A DNA stretch of 64,000 nt from Actinomycetota bacterium (GTDB taxonomy: Bacteria > Actinomycetota > UBA4738), in NCBI GenBank assembly GCA_040414485.1, contig JBEDUK010000027.1, positions 9,208 through 73,207 of the forward strand, in the 5' to 3' direction. Below the pieces are notes generated by a model. It was not told the origin of the DNA, did no database searches, and worked only from the letters and a program-made list of their open reading frames with translations. Position numbers and translations under genes: made by a program. The first letter of the stretch is position 1; each line of letters opens with the position of its first letter. Below are positions 47,126 to 55,911 of this stretch, piece by piece.

Positions 47126-49918
47126 TCAGTGCCGGTGGAAGTGGATCTTGCCCGCGCGATGCAGTTCGACGAAGGCCGCCACCACGTTCGGATCGAACTG
47201 CGTCCCCGCCGCCAGCTTCATCCGGCGGATCGCCTCACCTTCGGCGAGGGCGGCCCGGTAGGGCCGGTCGGTGGTCATGGCGTGGAAGGCGTCGCAGACG
47301 AACACGATCCGCGCCTCCAGCGGGATCGCCTCGTGGGCGAGGCCGTCCGGATACCCCTTTCCGTCCCAGCGCTCGTGGCAGGCCCGGATGATCGGGCGGA
47401 TCGGCTGCAGGAACGGCACGGGCGCCAGGATCTCCTCCCCGATCTCCGGATGGCGGTTCATGATCCGGCGCTCCTCGGCCGTGAGCGGGCCGGGCTTGCG
47501 GATGATCTCGCTCGGCACCCCGATCTTGCCGATGTCGTGGAACAGCGCGGAGATCTCCAGGCGCTTGAGCGCCGCACCCTCCAGGCCCTGCGCGACGCCG
47601 ACCGTGATCGCCATCTCGGCGAGCGCTCGAGCATGGTCGCTCGTGTACTCGTCCTGGGCCTCGAGGGCGTTCGCCAGCGCCTCGATCGTGGAGAGGTAGG
47701 TGCGCTCGAGTTCCGCGAAACGCTCGGCGTTGCCCATGGCCAGTGAGGCGATGTCGGCGATGCCCCTGGCCAGACGAAGTTCGCGCGGCGTGAACCGGTG
47801 CCGCGGCTCCAACCCGACCACGGCGATGGCGCCGAGGCCGTCGGGCTCCCAGCGGACCGGGGCGACGAGCGTGGCCCGCGGAGGGTTGAACGTCCTGTAG
47901 CGCCTGGGAAGCTTCCGAAGGGACGAGGCGGGCATCACGAAGGGTTCGGTCGTCGAGCGGAACAGCGGCTCGACCAGTTCCGCGGGGACGCTCATGGCCG
48001 CCATCTCGCCGTGGAGATGCTCCGGGTAGCCCAGATGGTCCGCCATGCGGAACCTCCCGTCCGGTCCCCGGACCCAGGCGTCGACGGCGGCGGACCTGAT
48101 CAGACCGGGAATGGTCGCGAGCACGACGGACCAGATGGCGCCGGCATCGGTCGCCAGCGTCAAGGCCTGCGAGAGCGCGAGCAGCGAACCCGACACCTCG
48201 GCGGATTCGCGTTCGGTCTGGAACAGCCGCGCGTTCTCGAACGCCACCGCCGCGTGCGAGGCGAGGACCTCCAGCAGGCGAAGATCGCTGCCGTCGAACT
48301 GGTCGATGCCGAGCTTCGACAGCGTCACCGTGCCGGTCACGCGGTCGCCGAAGCGCATGGGGACGCACAGGATCGATTCGTCGATGTCGGTCGTGCCCGG
48401 GAGCAGCACGGAGAAGTCGCACGTGGTGGCGTTCGGCGTGTAGAACGACTCGCCTGTGACGGCCACGCGTCCCGTGATGCCCTCCCCGAGCTTGGTCACC
48501 AGCGCGTCGAACGTCTCGCCCTGGTATTCGAGCAGCTCGCCCCGGAACGCGATCGGCAGCAGTGTGTCCCCGTCCGGCTGGAGGAGGTGGATGCGGCAGT
48601 TGTGGTAGTCGATGAGGCTCCGCAGCTCCGCCGTGATCGTCTCGCCGATCCCGTCGACGTCGTTCAGCCGATTGAGCTTCTGAGACAGGCTCTGCAGCAT
48701 CTTGAGGTGGGCGACCGAACGGACCTCGTCGCCGAGCGCCAGGTCCGCGGGCCTGGTGCCGAACCCCGCGGACGGCACCGAGTGACCGGCGCGTCGAGAC
48801 GGTGTCTGGTCGTCGGCGCGGGCGGGGTGGCTCCAGACCGCCACCCGATCCTTGCCGAGGCCCTTCGCCTCGCGCAGCGCCGCATCGGCGCACGCGATCA
48901 GGTCGCGCGCGGCGGTGGCCTGCGCGGGTCCCTCGGCGACACCGGCGCTCACGGTCACGTGGCGCCCGTCGGACACGGCGACCGTCGCCACGAACCGCCG
49001 GAGGCGATCCGCCAGCGCCGCAGCCTGTTCGGCGGTTCGACCGGGAAGGATGATCGCGAATTCCTCGCCGCCCACGCGACAGGGGATGTCGTCGTCGCCG
49101 CAGAGTTCGCGCGTGGCGCCGGCGATCGATTGCAGCACCTGGTCCCCGGCGACATGCCCGAACGACGCGTTCACCCTGCTGAAGTCGTCGATGTCGTACA
49201 GCACGAGGCTCACCCGCGAGCGCAGCAGCGATGCACGGCGAAGCTCTTCGGCCATCCGCTCGTGGAAATGCCGGTGATTGAACAGGGCGGTCAGGTGGTC
49301 GGTGACGATCTCGGCCTCCAGCCGCTCGCGGATCTCGGCGTTGTCCATCGCGAGGGCCGCGACGCCGGCGAATCGAACGGCGCGGCGGAACTCGTCCTCG
49401 TCGAAGACGTTCTCCGGACCGCGACGCTGAAGGCAGAGCACGCCCTTCAACTCCTCGCGCGCGATCAGGGGGACGCTGATGATCGATTCGCGGCCCTCCG
49501 GCCGGCCGTCGATCGCCGTCGCGCGCGGATGGCGCCACATGTCGTCCACGATCTGCGGCGAGGCCGTCTCCGCGGTCCAGCCGATGATGCCCTGACCGAA
49601 CGCGAACGGCCCCGCCGCGAGGATCTCCTCCGACCACCGATCCCTCACCAGCACCGGCCGCAGGACCCGCATCGGCAGATCCGCGCGGTAGACCCGGAGC
49701 GTCTGGTACGGGACGATCTCGCGGAGCGCGTCGCCGATCGCGTCCAGGACGCGGTCGAGCGAACCTTCCGACACCAGCAGGTGCGTGATGTCACCGAGCA
49801 GGCGGTCAACCGCACCGTCCTCGAGCGGGACGAGCCGAACGACCTCGCCGGTGCCGCGCACCGCGCGCAATGGATGGACCTCGGCCGCGCCCGTGGGCGC
49901 GGTGCGACGTTGCCCCAC
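47126..49918 (-). CDS. GAF-GGDEF-GAF-GAF-HD-GYP cyclic-dinucleotide enzyme
   Basis: DHLTALFN, YDIDDF, RVGGEEF; FHDIGK, HERWDGKGYP, RPYR; GAF-like segments before and after the GGDEF domain. Confidence 0.9.
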   Translation of the reverse strand: MGQRRTAPTGAAEVHPLRAVRGTGEVVRLVPLEDGAVDRLLGDITHLLVSEGSLDRVLDAIGDALREIVPYQTLRVYRADLPMRVLRPVLVRDRWSEEILAAGPFAFGQGIIGWTAETASPQIVDDMWRHPRATAIDGRPEGRESIISVPLIAREELKGVLCLQRRGPENVFDEDEFRRAVRFAGVAALAMDNAEIRERLEAEIVTDHLTALFNHRHFHERMAEELRRASLLRSRVSLVLYDIDDFSRVNASFGHVAGDQVLQSIAGATRELCGDDDIPCRVGGEEFAIILPGRTAEQAAALADRLRRFVATVAVSDGRHVTVSAGVAEGPAQATAARDLIACADAALREAKGLGKDRVAVWSHPARADDQTPSRRAGHSVPSAGFGTRPADLALGDEVRSVAHLKMLQSLSQKLNRLNDVDGIGETITAELRSLIDYHNCRIHLLQPDGDTLLPIAFRGELLEYQGETFDALVTKLGEGITGRVAVTGESFYTPNATTCDFSVLLPGTTDIDESILCVPMRFGDRVTGTVTLSKLGIDQFDGSDLRLLEVLASHAAVAFENARLFQTERESAEVSGSLLALSQALTLATDAGAIWSVVLATIPGLIRSAAVDAWVRGPDGRFRMADHLGYPEHLHGEMAAMSVPAELVEPLFRSTTEPFVMPASSLRKLPRRYRTFNPPRATLVAPVRWEPDGLGAIAVVGLEPRHRFTPRELRLARGIADIASLAMGNAERFAELERTYLSTIEALANALEAQDEYTSDHARALAEMAITVGVAQGLEGAALKRLEISALFHDIGKIGVPSEIIRKPGPLTAEERRIMNRHPEIGEEILAPVPFLQPIRPIIRACHERWDGKGYPDGLAHEAIPLEARIVFVCDAFHAMTTDRPYRAALAEGEAIRRMKLAAGTQFDPNVVAAFVELHRAGKIHFHRH

Positions 49919-50172
49919 CTTCGCCTCTCCTCCATGAGGCGTCGGCCGCCCGCGGGGGGAAGAGCCGACGGACCTGGGACCTAAGGACGCTTATTACATC
50001 GGCCGCATTCACCCGGTTCAAGCAGCGAATCGAGGCGAAAGTTCGAGCGGATTTCGGCATGAATCGGACGAATAGGACTGTCGGTCGCGGCGGAGCCCGC
50101 TTCGGAGCGCATTCGAGGCGCGCCGGACAGGTCGGCCGAGCCATCGCGCACGGCTGCGATAGGCTCCCCGAG

Positions 50173-51099
50173 ATGGACGGACACGTGCGATTCGACGCCC
50201 GGCCCCATCTGGAGCACCCGGCGCTGGTGTGCGCATTCGAGGGATGGAACGACGGCGGCGAGGCCGCCTCGGTCGCGAACCGGTACCTCATGGAACGGTG
50301 GGAGGCGGTCCGGTTCGGCTCGATCGACGGCGAGGAGTTCTACGACTTCCAGGTGAACCGTCCGACGGTTCGGCTGGAGGGGGGCGTGAGCCGGGTCATC
50401 GACTGGCCCGGTCCGGCATTCGCCGCGGCGTCGCCGCCCGGCCGCGACGTGGTCTTCCTGAGCGCGCCGGAGCCGAGCGTCCGGTGGCGCACGTTCTCCG
50501 AGGCGGTCCTGGATGCCTGCCGCGAGCTCGGCGTCGACCTGGTCGTCACCCTGGGCGGCTTCCTGACCGATGTTCCGCACGGTCGCGACGTCCCCGTCGT
50601 GGGCTCGGCGCGAACCGATGCGGAGGCCGACCGGCTGGGGCTGTCGCATTCGAGGTACGAAGGCCCGACCGGGATCGTCGGTGTGCTGCACGATGCGGCG
50701 AACCGGGCGGGCCTTTCCTCCGTGAGCCTGTGGGCCGCCGTGCCCCATTACCTGTCGGTGGCGCCCAACCCGAAGGCGGCCCTGGCATTGGTCGACCGGG
50801 CCTGCGGAGTACTCGGCACCTCGGTGGATCGCGCCGCGCTGACCCGCGCGGTCGAGCGGTGGGAGCGGGGCGTCGCCCGGCTTCTGGAGGAGAACGAGGA
50901 GCTCGGCGAATACGCCTCGAGGCTGGAACGCGGCGACGAGTCGGATGACGGCTCGGACGCGGAGTCGGCGGAGTCCGCGCTCGAGGACGTGATGGACGAG
51001 CCGTCGATCCCGTCGGGTGAGGCGATCGCGGCGGAGTTCGAGCGATTCCTCCGGCAACAGGCCCCGGACGCCACGGACGACCCGGGGCCCGATCAATGA
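50173..51099 (+). CDS. PAC2 family (proteasome assembly chaperone-like) protein
   Basis: AFEGWNDGGEAAS, EFYDFQVNRP, EPSVRWR, YEGPTGIVG, WAAVPHY. Confidence 0.88.
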   Translation: MDGHVRFDARPHLEHPALVCAFEGWNDGGEAASVANRYLMERWEAVRFGSIDGEEFYDFQVNRPTVRLEGGVSRVIDWPGPAFAAASPPGRDVVFLSAPEPSVRWRTFSEAVLDACRELGVDLVVTLGGFLTDVPHGRDVPVVGSARTDAEADRLGLSHSRYEGPTGIVGVLHDAANRAGLSSVSLWAAVPHYLSVAPNPKAALALVDRACGVLGTSVDRAALTRAVERWERGVARLLEENEELGEYASRLERGDESDDGSDAESAESALEDVMDEPSIPSGEAIAAEFERFLRQQAPDATDDPGPDQ

Positions 51100-51905
51100 G
51101 CGACGATCCAGACCAACGCGAAGGGCAGCGGGTCGTCTCGCTCGCGCGGCGGTTCGGTGGCGCCGGTGGGCACGGTGGCATCCGCCCGCACCGCGGGTCG
51201 ATCCAGGACGCGGACCGGGCGACGCCGAACGCGAAGAGCGGCGCGCTGCGCGCGGGCATCTTCGGGGTCAACGACGGCCTGCTCTCGAATCTCTCGCTGA
51301 TCATGGGCTTCGCCGGCGCCGCGGTGCAGAACCACGTGGTGGTGCTCGCCGGCGTCGCCGGACTGCTCGCGGGGGCGTTCTCCATGGGCGCGGGTGAGTA
51401 CGTGTCGATGAGCGTGCAGCGCGAGCTGTTCGAACGACTGCTGCACATCGAAGCCCACGAGCTGGCCACGATCCCCGAGGAGGAGACCGACGAACTGGCG
51501 GCGATCTACGAGCGGAAGGGGTTCCCGAAGGATCTCGCCCGTCAGGCGGCGGAGGTCGTCATGCAGAATCCCGACGTCGCGCTCGAGACGCACGCGCGCG
51601 AGGAGCTCGGGCTGGACCCGGACGAGCTGGGCTCCCCGTGGGGCGCGGCCATCTCGTCGTTCCTCACGTTCTCGGTCGGGGCGCTGATCCCGCTCATCCC
51701 GTTCCTGATCGGATCCGGAACCGCCGCCGTGATCGCGGCGGTCGTGGCCAGTGCGGTGGCGATCTTCTCCGTCGGCGCCGCTATGTCGCTCCTGACCGGC
51801 CGGTCCCCACTGTGGTCGGGGGCCCGCATGCTGATCGTGGGGACGCTCGCCGCGGGCATCACCTTCGGTGTGGGGCGGTTGCTCCACGTCACGACGACCG
51901 TCTGA
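51096..51905 (+). CDS. VIT1/CCC1 family Fe/Mn transporter
   Basis: GIFGVNDGL, AFSMGAGEYVS, HAREELG, SFLTFSVGALIPL. Confidence 0.92.
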   Translation: MSDDPDQREGQRVVSLARRFGGAGGHGGIRPHRGSIQDADRATPNAKSGALRAGIFGVNDGLLSNLSLIMGFAGAAVQNHVVVLAGVAGLLAGAFSMGAGEYVSMSVQRELFERLLHIEAHELATIPEEETDELAAIYERKGFPKDLARQAAEVVMQNPDVALETHAREELGLDPDELGSPWGAAISSFLTFSVGALIPLIPFLIGSGTAAVIAAVVASAVAIFSVGAAMSLLTGRSPLWSGARMLIVGTLAAGITFGVGRLLHVTTTV

Positions 51906-51941
51906 TCCACCGGTCGCGCGGAAATCCGCCTGATTTTCGGC

Positions 51942-52625
51942 TCAGGCGGGCGCGGCCGCACGATCACAGAGGATCAACAGCCGCGACGGGCGCATCAGCG
52001 CCGCGGGGATGTCCTCGCCGGCAAGCAGCCGCCCCAATGCCTCGCGTTTCGACGAGCCCGCGACCAGGAACGCACCGACCCTCGCCGCCGACAGCGCCGG
52101 CGCCGTCATGGTCACCCGCGGCACGAACGGCTCCAGTCCCGCCTCCGGCACGTGCACGACCCAGCGCGACCGCTCCTCGACGGCGGGCTTCCCTGGGAAC
52201 AGCGAGGCCGTGTGGCCGTCCGGTCCAAGTCCGTAGACGGCGAAGTCGAACGAAGGCAAAGGCGCGCCCCCGAACCGAGCGCGCAGGTCTCGTTCATACC
52301 CGTCGGCGTCACATTCGGCGCCGTCCATCGGATACACGCGCGCGGGTATCTGATCCAGCAACGCAAGCCGCGCCGTCCGCAGGTTCGACCGATCGTCGGA
52401 CTCCGGCACGCACCGGTCGTCGCCGAAGAAGAACTCGGCTTCGGCCCATTTGTAGGAGATCCCGGTGAGGCCCCGGTAGAACGCTTCCGGCGTGCTGCCC
52501 CCCGAAAGCACGATCGTCCTCGGGCCCGCTTCGACGAACAGCTCGACGGCCGCCGCGACCAGCGCATCGACGTCGTCGAGCACCCGGAGTTCCGGCGACG
52601 GCGAGCCTTCGGCGTTCGACTTCAC
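51942..52625 (-). CDS. pgl: 6-phosphogluconolactonase
   Basis: LSGGSTP, FFGDDRCVP, GLGPDGHTASLFP, RVTMT. Start uncertain (GTG 52625 or TTG 52664). Confidence 0.88.
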   Translation of the reverse strand: MKSNAEGSPSPELRVLDDVDALVAAAVELFVEAGPRTIVLSGGSTPEAFYRGLTGISYKWAEAEFFFGDDRCVPESDDRSNLRTARLALLDQIPARVYPMDGAECDADGYERDLRARFGGAPLPSFDFAVYGLGPDGHTASLFPGKPAVEERSRWVVHVPEAGLEPFVPRVTMTAPALSAARVGAFLVAGSSKREALGRLLAGEDIPAALMRPSRLLILCDRAAAPA

Positions 52626-52676
52626 GACGTTATGAACCGTTACCCGGGAACCGCCCGATCCCAACCGGCCGAACGA

Positions 52677-53093
52677 TTACCCGATCAGCGTGGCGAGCGT
52701 CGCGCGCAGGGCCTCGTACCGATCCGGCCCGAGCCTGCGGCGAACCTTCTGCTCCGCGGACGAAACGGCCTTCGAGGCCTCCGCGCGCTCCTTCTGGCCC
52801 TTCGCCGTCAAGTTGACGGTCTTCGCGCGGGCGTCGTTCGGGTCCTTCGACCGTGTCACCAGGCCGAAGCGGGCGAGATCGTTCACCACCTGCATCATGG
52901 CCTGCTTGGTGATCCCCGCCCGGGCCGCAAGGTCGGTCAGGCGGATCCCCTTCTTGTCGATCAGCACGAGCGCCGTCGCGTGGCGGGGGCTCAGATTCGA
53001 CGAGCCACGCGCCTCCAGCGCCGCGTCGACCTGCCGGTCCACGGCACGGAACGCGTCGAGCAACATCCGGTTGAGGTGCTCTGTCTCTGCCAT
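52677..53093 (-). CDS. MarR family transcriptional regulator
   Basis: GIRLTDLA..AGITKQAM..VVNDL..GLVTR..DPNDARAK.V.LT.KG. Confidence 0.9.
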   Translation of the reverse strand: MAETEHLNRMLLDAFRAVDRQVDAALEARGSSNLSPRHATALVLIDKKGIRLTDLAARAGITKQAMMQVVNDLARFGLVTRSKDPNDARAKTVNLTAKGQKERAEASKAVSSAEQKVRRRLGPDRYEALRATLATLIG

Positions 53094-53178
53094 GGGCGCA
53101 ATCCTGACGCGGGGGCGCCTGTTTCGTCAATCGCCTTTACCGAATCCCGCTGTCGTGCCCGTCCGTTAGCCTCGGAGC

Positions 53179-53712
53179 GTGGCCAGTGCGGAGATCGCCG
53201 AATCCATCCTCGTCCGTGCCGTCCGGCCGGAGGAGTACGAAGAGGCCGGCCGGATCACGGCGCTCGCGTACGAGGAGTTCGTCTGGCCGGGCGACGACGA
53301 AGCGGACTGGCGCGACTACCTGGCGCAGATCGCGGACGTCGCGGGCCGGGTCGATCGGACCGTCGTGCTCGTCGCGGTCGAGGAGCCGGCCGGGCGGATC
53401 CTGGGGTGCGTCACGATCGAGGAGGACGGCGTCATCGGGGACGACGATGTCGAACCCGAGCCCGACGCCAGCCAGATCCGGATGCTCGGGGTCGACCCGT
53501 CCGCGCGCGGCCGCGGGATCGGACGGGCGCTGATGGAATCGTCCATCGCCCGGGCGCGGGACCTGGGGAAGCGTTTCGTGACGCTTCGCACCACCGAACG
53601 GATGCTCCCGGCGCAGGCCATGTACCGGGCCATGGGGTTCGAACCGGACCCGGACCACGACATCGTGTTCGACAACGACTTCAGGCTGATCGCGTACCGG
53701 CTGGCGCTGTAG
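53179..53712 (+). CDS. GNAT family N-acetyltransferase
   Basis: IRMLGVDPSARGRGIG, AQAMYRAMGF. Confidence 0.9.
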   Translation: MASAEIAESILVRAVRPEEYEEAGRITALAYEEFVWPGDDEADWRDYLAQIADVAGRVDRTVVLVAVEEPAGRILGCVTIEEDGVIGDDDVEPEPDASQIRMLGVDPSARGRGIGRALMESSIARARDLGKRFVTLRTTERMLPAQAMYRAMGFEPDPDHDIVFDNDFRLIAYRLAL

Positions 53713-53731
53713 CCGACCCGGCCAGCAAAGG

Positions 53732-55819
53732 TCAGGCGCTTCGGATCACGTGGCCGTCGCGCAGGACCACGCCGTCCTCGCATTCGGCCTCCACCTCTCC
53801 CCCCTGGAACTGTTGCTGGTAGAGCTGCGCGTACAGCCCGCCGCGGGCAAGCAGTTCGGCGTGCGTCCCCCGTTCGACGATGCGGCCGCGGTCCACCACG
53901 AAGATCATGTCGGCGGACAGGATCGTCGACAGCCGGTGTGCGATGGCGATGGTCGTCCGGCCCTTCATCAACGGATCGAGCGCCGCCTGCACCAGCCGCT
54001 CGGACGTGGTGTCGAGCGACGATGTCGCCTCGTCCAGGATGAGGATCCGCGGGTTCTTCAACACGACCCGCGCGATGGCCAGGCGCTGCTTCTCCCCACC
54101 GGAGAGACGGTACCCCCGCTCCCCCACGATGGTGTCGTAGCCGTCCGGCATCTCCATGATCCGGTCGTGGATGAACGCCGCCCGCGCGGCGGCCTCCAGC
54201 TCCTCCTGGGTGGCGTCCGGCTTTCCGTACAGAAGGTTCTGCCGCACGGTGGTGTGGAACAGGTACGTCTCCTGGGTGACCATCCCGATGACGTCGCCGA
54301 GCGACTCGAGCTTGATGGATCGAACGTCGAAGTCGTCGATCTCGACGGCGCCCTCGGTGACGTCGTACAGGCGGGGAACGAGGTACGTCATGGTGGTCTT
54401 GCCGGCACCGCTCGGGCCGACCAGCGCCGCGAGCTGGCCCGACTGGATCTCCAGATCGACGTCCTCCAGGTTCCACTCGCGCGGCCGTTCGTTCTGGAGG
54501 GCGAGCTCGGTGGTGCCGCCCAGGGCCGTCAGCGCGGGCTCGTCGGCCGGCGACTCGTCGGCGGAATCGACCGCGGCCTTCCCGTTTCCGCCGGCGGCCG
54601 CACCGTCGACGACGCCGCCGTTCACCTGGCCGTTCGGCGCGAGCGCCGGGTCGTACCTGAAGAAGACGTCGCGGAACCGGACCTTCCCCGCGACCGCGTC
54701 TGGCCGAAGGTCCCGCGCGTCGGAGGCATCCTCGATCTCGTGCGGCATGTCGAGGTATTCGAAGATGCGCGAGAACAACGCGAGCGAGGACTGCACCTCG
54801 ACCCCCACCTGCAGCATCGAGCCGATCGGGAAGAACAGGCGGCTCTGGAGGGTGGTGAACGCCACGATGGTGCCGGCGGAGATCGCCGCCGCCGGATTGT
54901 TGTAGATCACGATGCCCGCGATCAGATAGACGAGCGCCGGCGTGATCGAGAAGAACACGCCGACCACCGCGAAGAACGAACGCCCGATCATCTGCTGGCG
55001 GATCTGGAGTTCGGCGAGCTTCGCGTTCTCCTTCCTGTAGCGATCGATCTCGTAGGCCTGCCGTCCGAACGCCTTCGTGAGCAGCACGCCGGACACCGAA
55101 AGCGTCTCCTCGGCGATCGCCGACAGGTCCGCCAGCGACTCCTGGGTTCGGGCTGCGACCACCTGTCGGGCGCGCCCCACTTTGCGCTGGAGCACGACGA
55201 AGATCGGCGTGAGCGCCAGCGACAGCAGCGTGAGCTGCCAGGAGAGGATGAACATCGCGATCAGCGTGCTGGCGATTGTGACGACGTTCGACAGGATGCC
55301 GCTCGCCGTGTCGGTCACCACGGACTGCACCCCGCCGATGTCGTTCGAAAGGCGCGACTGGATCTCGCCGGTGCGCGTCGCCGTGAAGAACCGAAGCGGC
55401 ATGTGCTGGAGGTGCCGGTACAGGGTGTTTCGGAAATCCTGCATCACCCGCTGGCCGACCACGTTGGCCATGTACGTCTGCCCGATGCCGACGGTTGAGG
55501 TGACGATCGGGATCAGCACCATGAGCCCGACCAGCAGGTACAGGCGCTGCAGATCGATCTGGCCGCCGCCCGCCGGGAACAGCGTCTCGAAGACGGGCTT
55601 GATCAGCAGCGGGTTGACCACCCCGAGAACGGATGTGGTGACGATGGCGGTCGCGACGATCCCGACCTTGCCCTTGTACGGCCGGAACGACCCGACGACG
55701 CGCTTGACGGTCCCCTTGTCGACGGGCGGCGCATCCGGGTCGGGCATGGGTGGGAACCAGCTGCCGTGCGGCCCACGCACGCCGGTCGCACGCCTGACGC
55801 TTCGCCCTCCGGATGCCAT
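53732..55819 (-). CDS. Fused permease/ATPase ABC exporter (MsbA-like)
   Basis: TM domain, GPSGAGKTT, LSGGEKQR, LDEATSSLD, IAHRLST. TATGCT -10 box 7 nt before ATG 55819. Confidence 0.92.
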   Translation of the reverse strand: MASGGRSVRRATGVRGPHGSWFPPMPDPDAPPVDKGTVKRVVGSFRPYKGKVGIVATAIVTTSVLGVVNPLLIKPVFETLFPAGGGQIDLQRLYLLVGLMVLIPIVTSTVGIGQTYMANVVGQRVMQDFRNTLYRHLQHMPLRFFTATRTGEIQSRLSNDIGGVQSVVTDTASGILSNVVTIASTLIAMFILSWQLTLLSLALTPIFVVLQRKVGRARQVVAARTQESLADLSAIAEETLSVSGVLLTKAFGRQAYEIDRYRKENAKLAELQIRQQMIGRSFFAVVGVFFSITPALVYLIAGIVIYNNPAAAISAGTIVAFTTLQSRLFFPIGSMLQVGVEVQSSLALFSRIFEYLDMPHEIEDASDARDLRPDAVAGKVRFRDVFFRYDPALAPNGQVNGGVVDGAAAGGNGKAAVDSADESPADEPALTALGGTTELALQNERPREWNLEDVDLEIQSGQLAALVGPSGAGKTTMTYLVPRLYDVTEGAVEIDDFDVRSIKLESLGDVIGMVTQETYLFHTTVRQNLLYGKPDATQEELEAAARAAFIHDRIMEMPDGYDTIVGERGYRLSGGEKQRLAIARVVLKNPRILILDEATSSLDTTSERLVQAALDPLMKGRTTIAIAHRLSTILSADMIFVVDRGRIVERGTHAELLARGGLYAQLYQQQFQGGEVEAECEDGVVLRDGHVIRSA

Positions 55820-55911
55820 CGCGCCAAGCATACGCACGCTTGCAGACACGAAGTAACCCGCCGCGCCGGTGCCGGCGCACAGGCTGCGGCGCGGCGTCCG
55901 CGACCGTTCCG

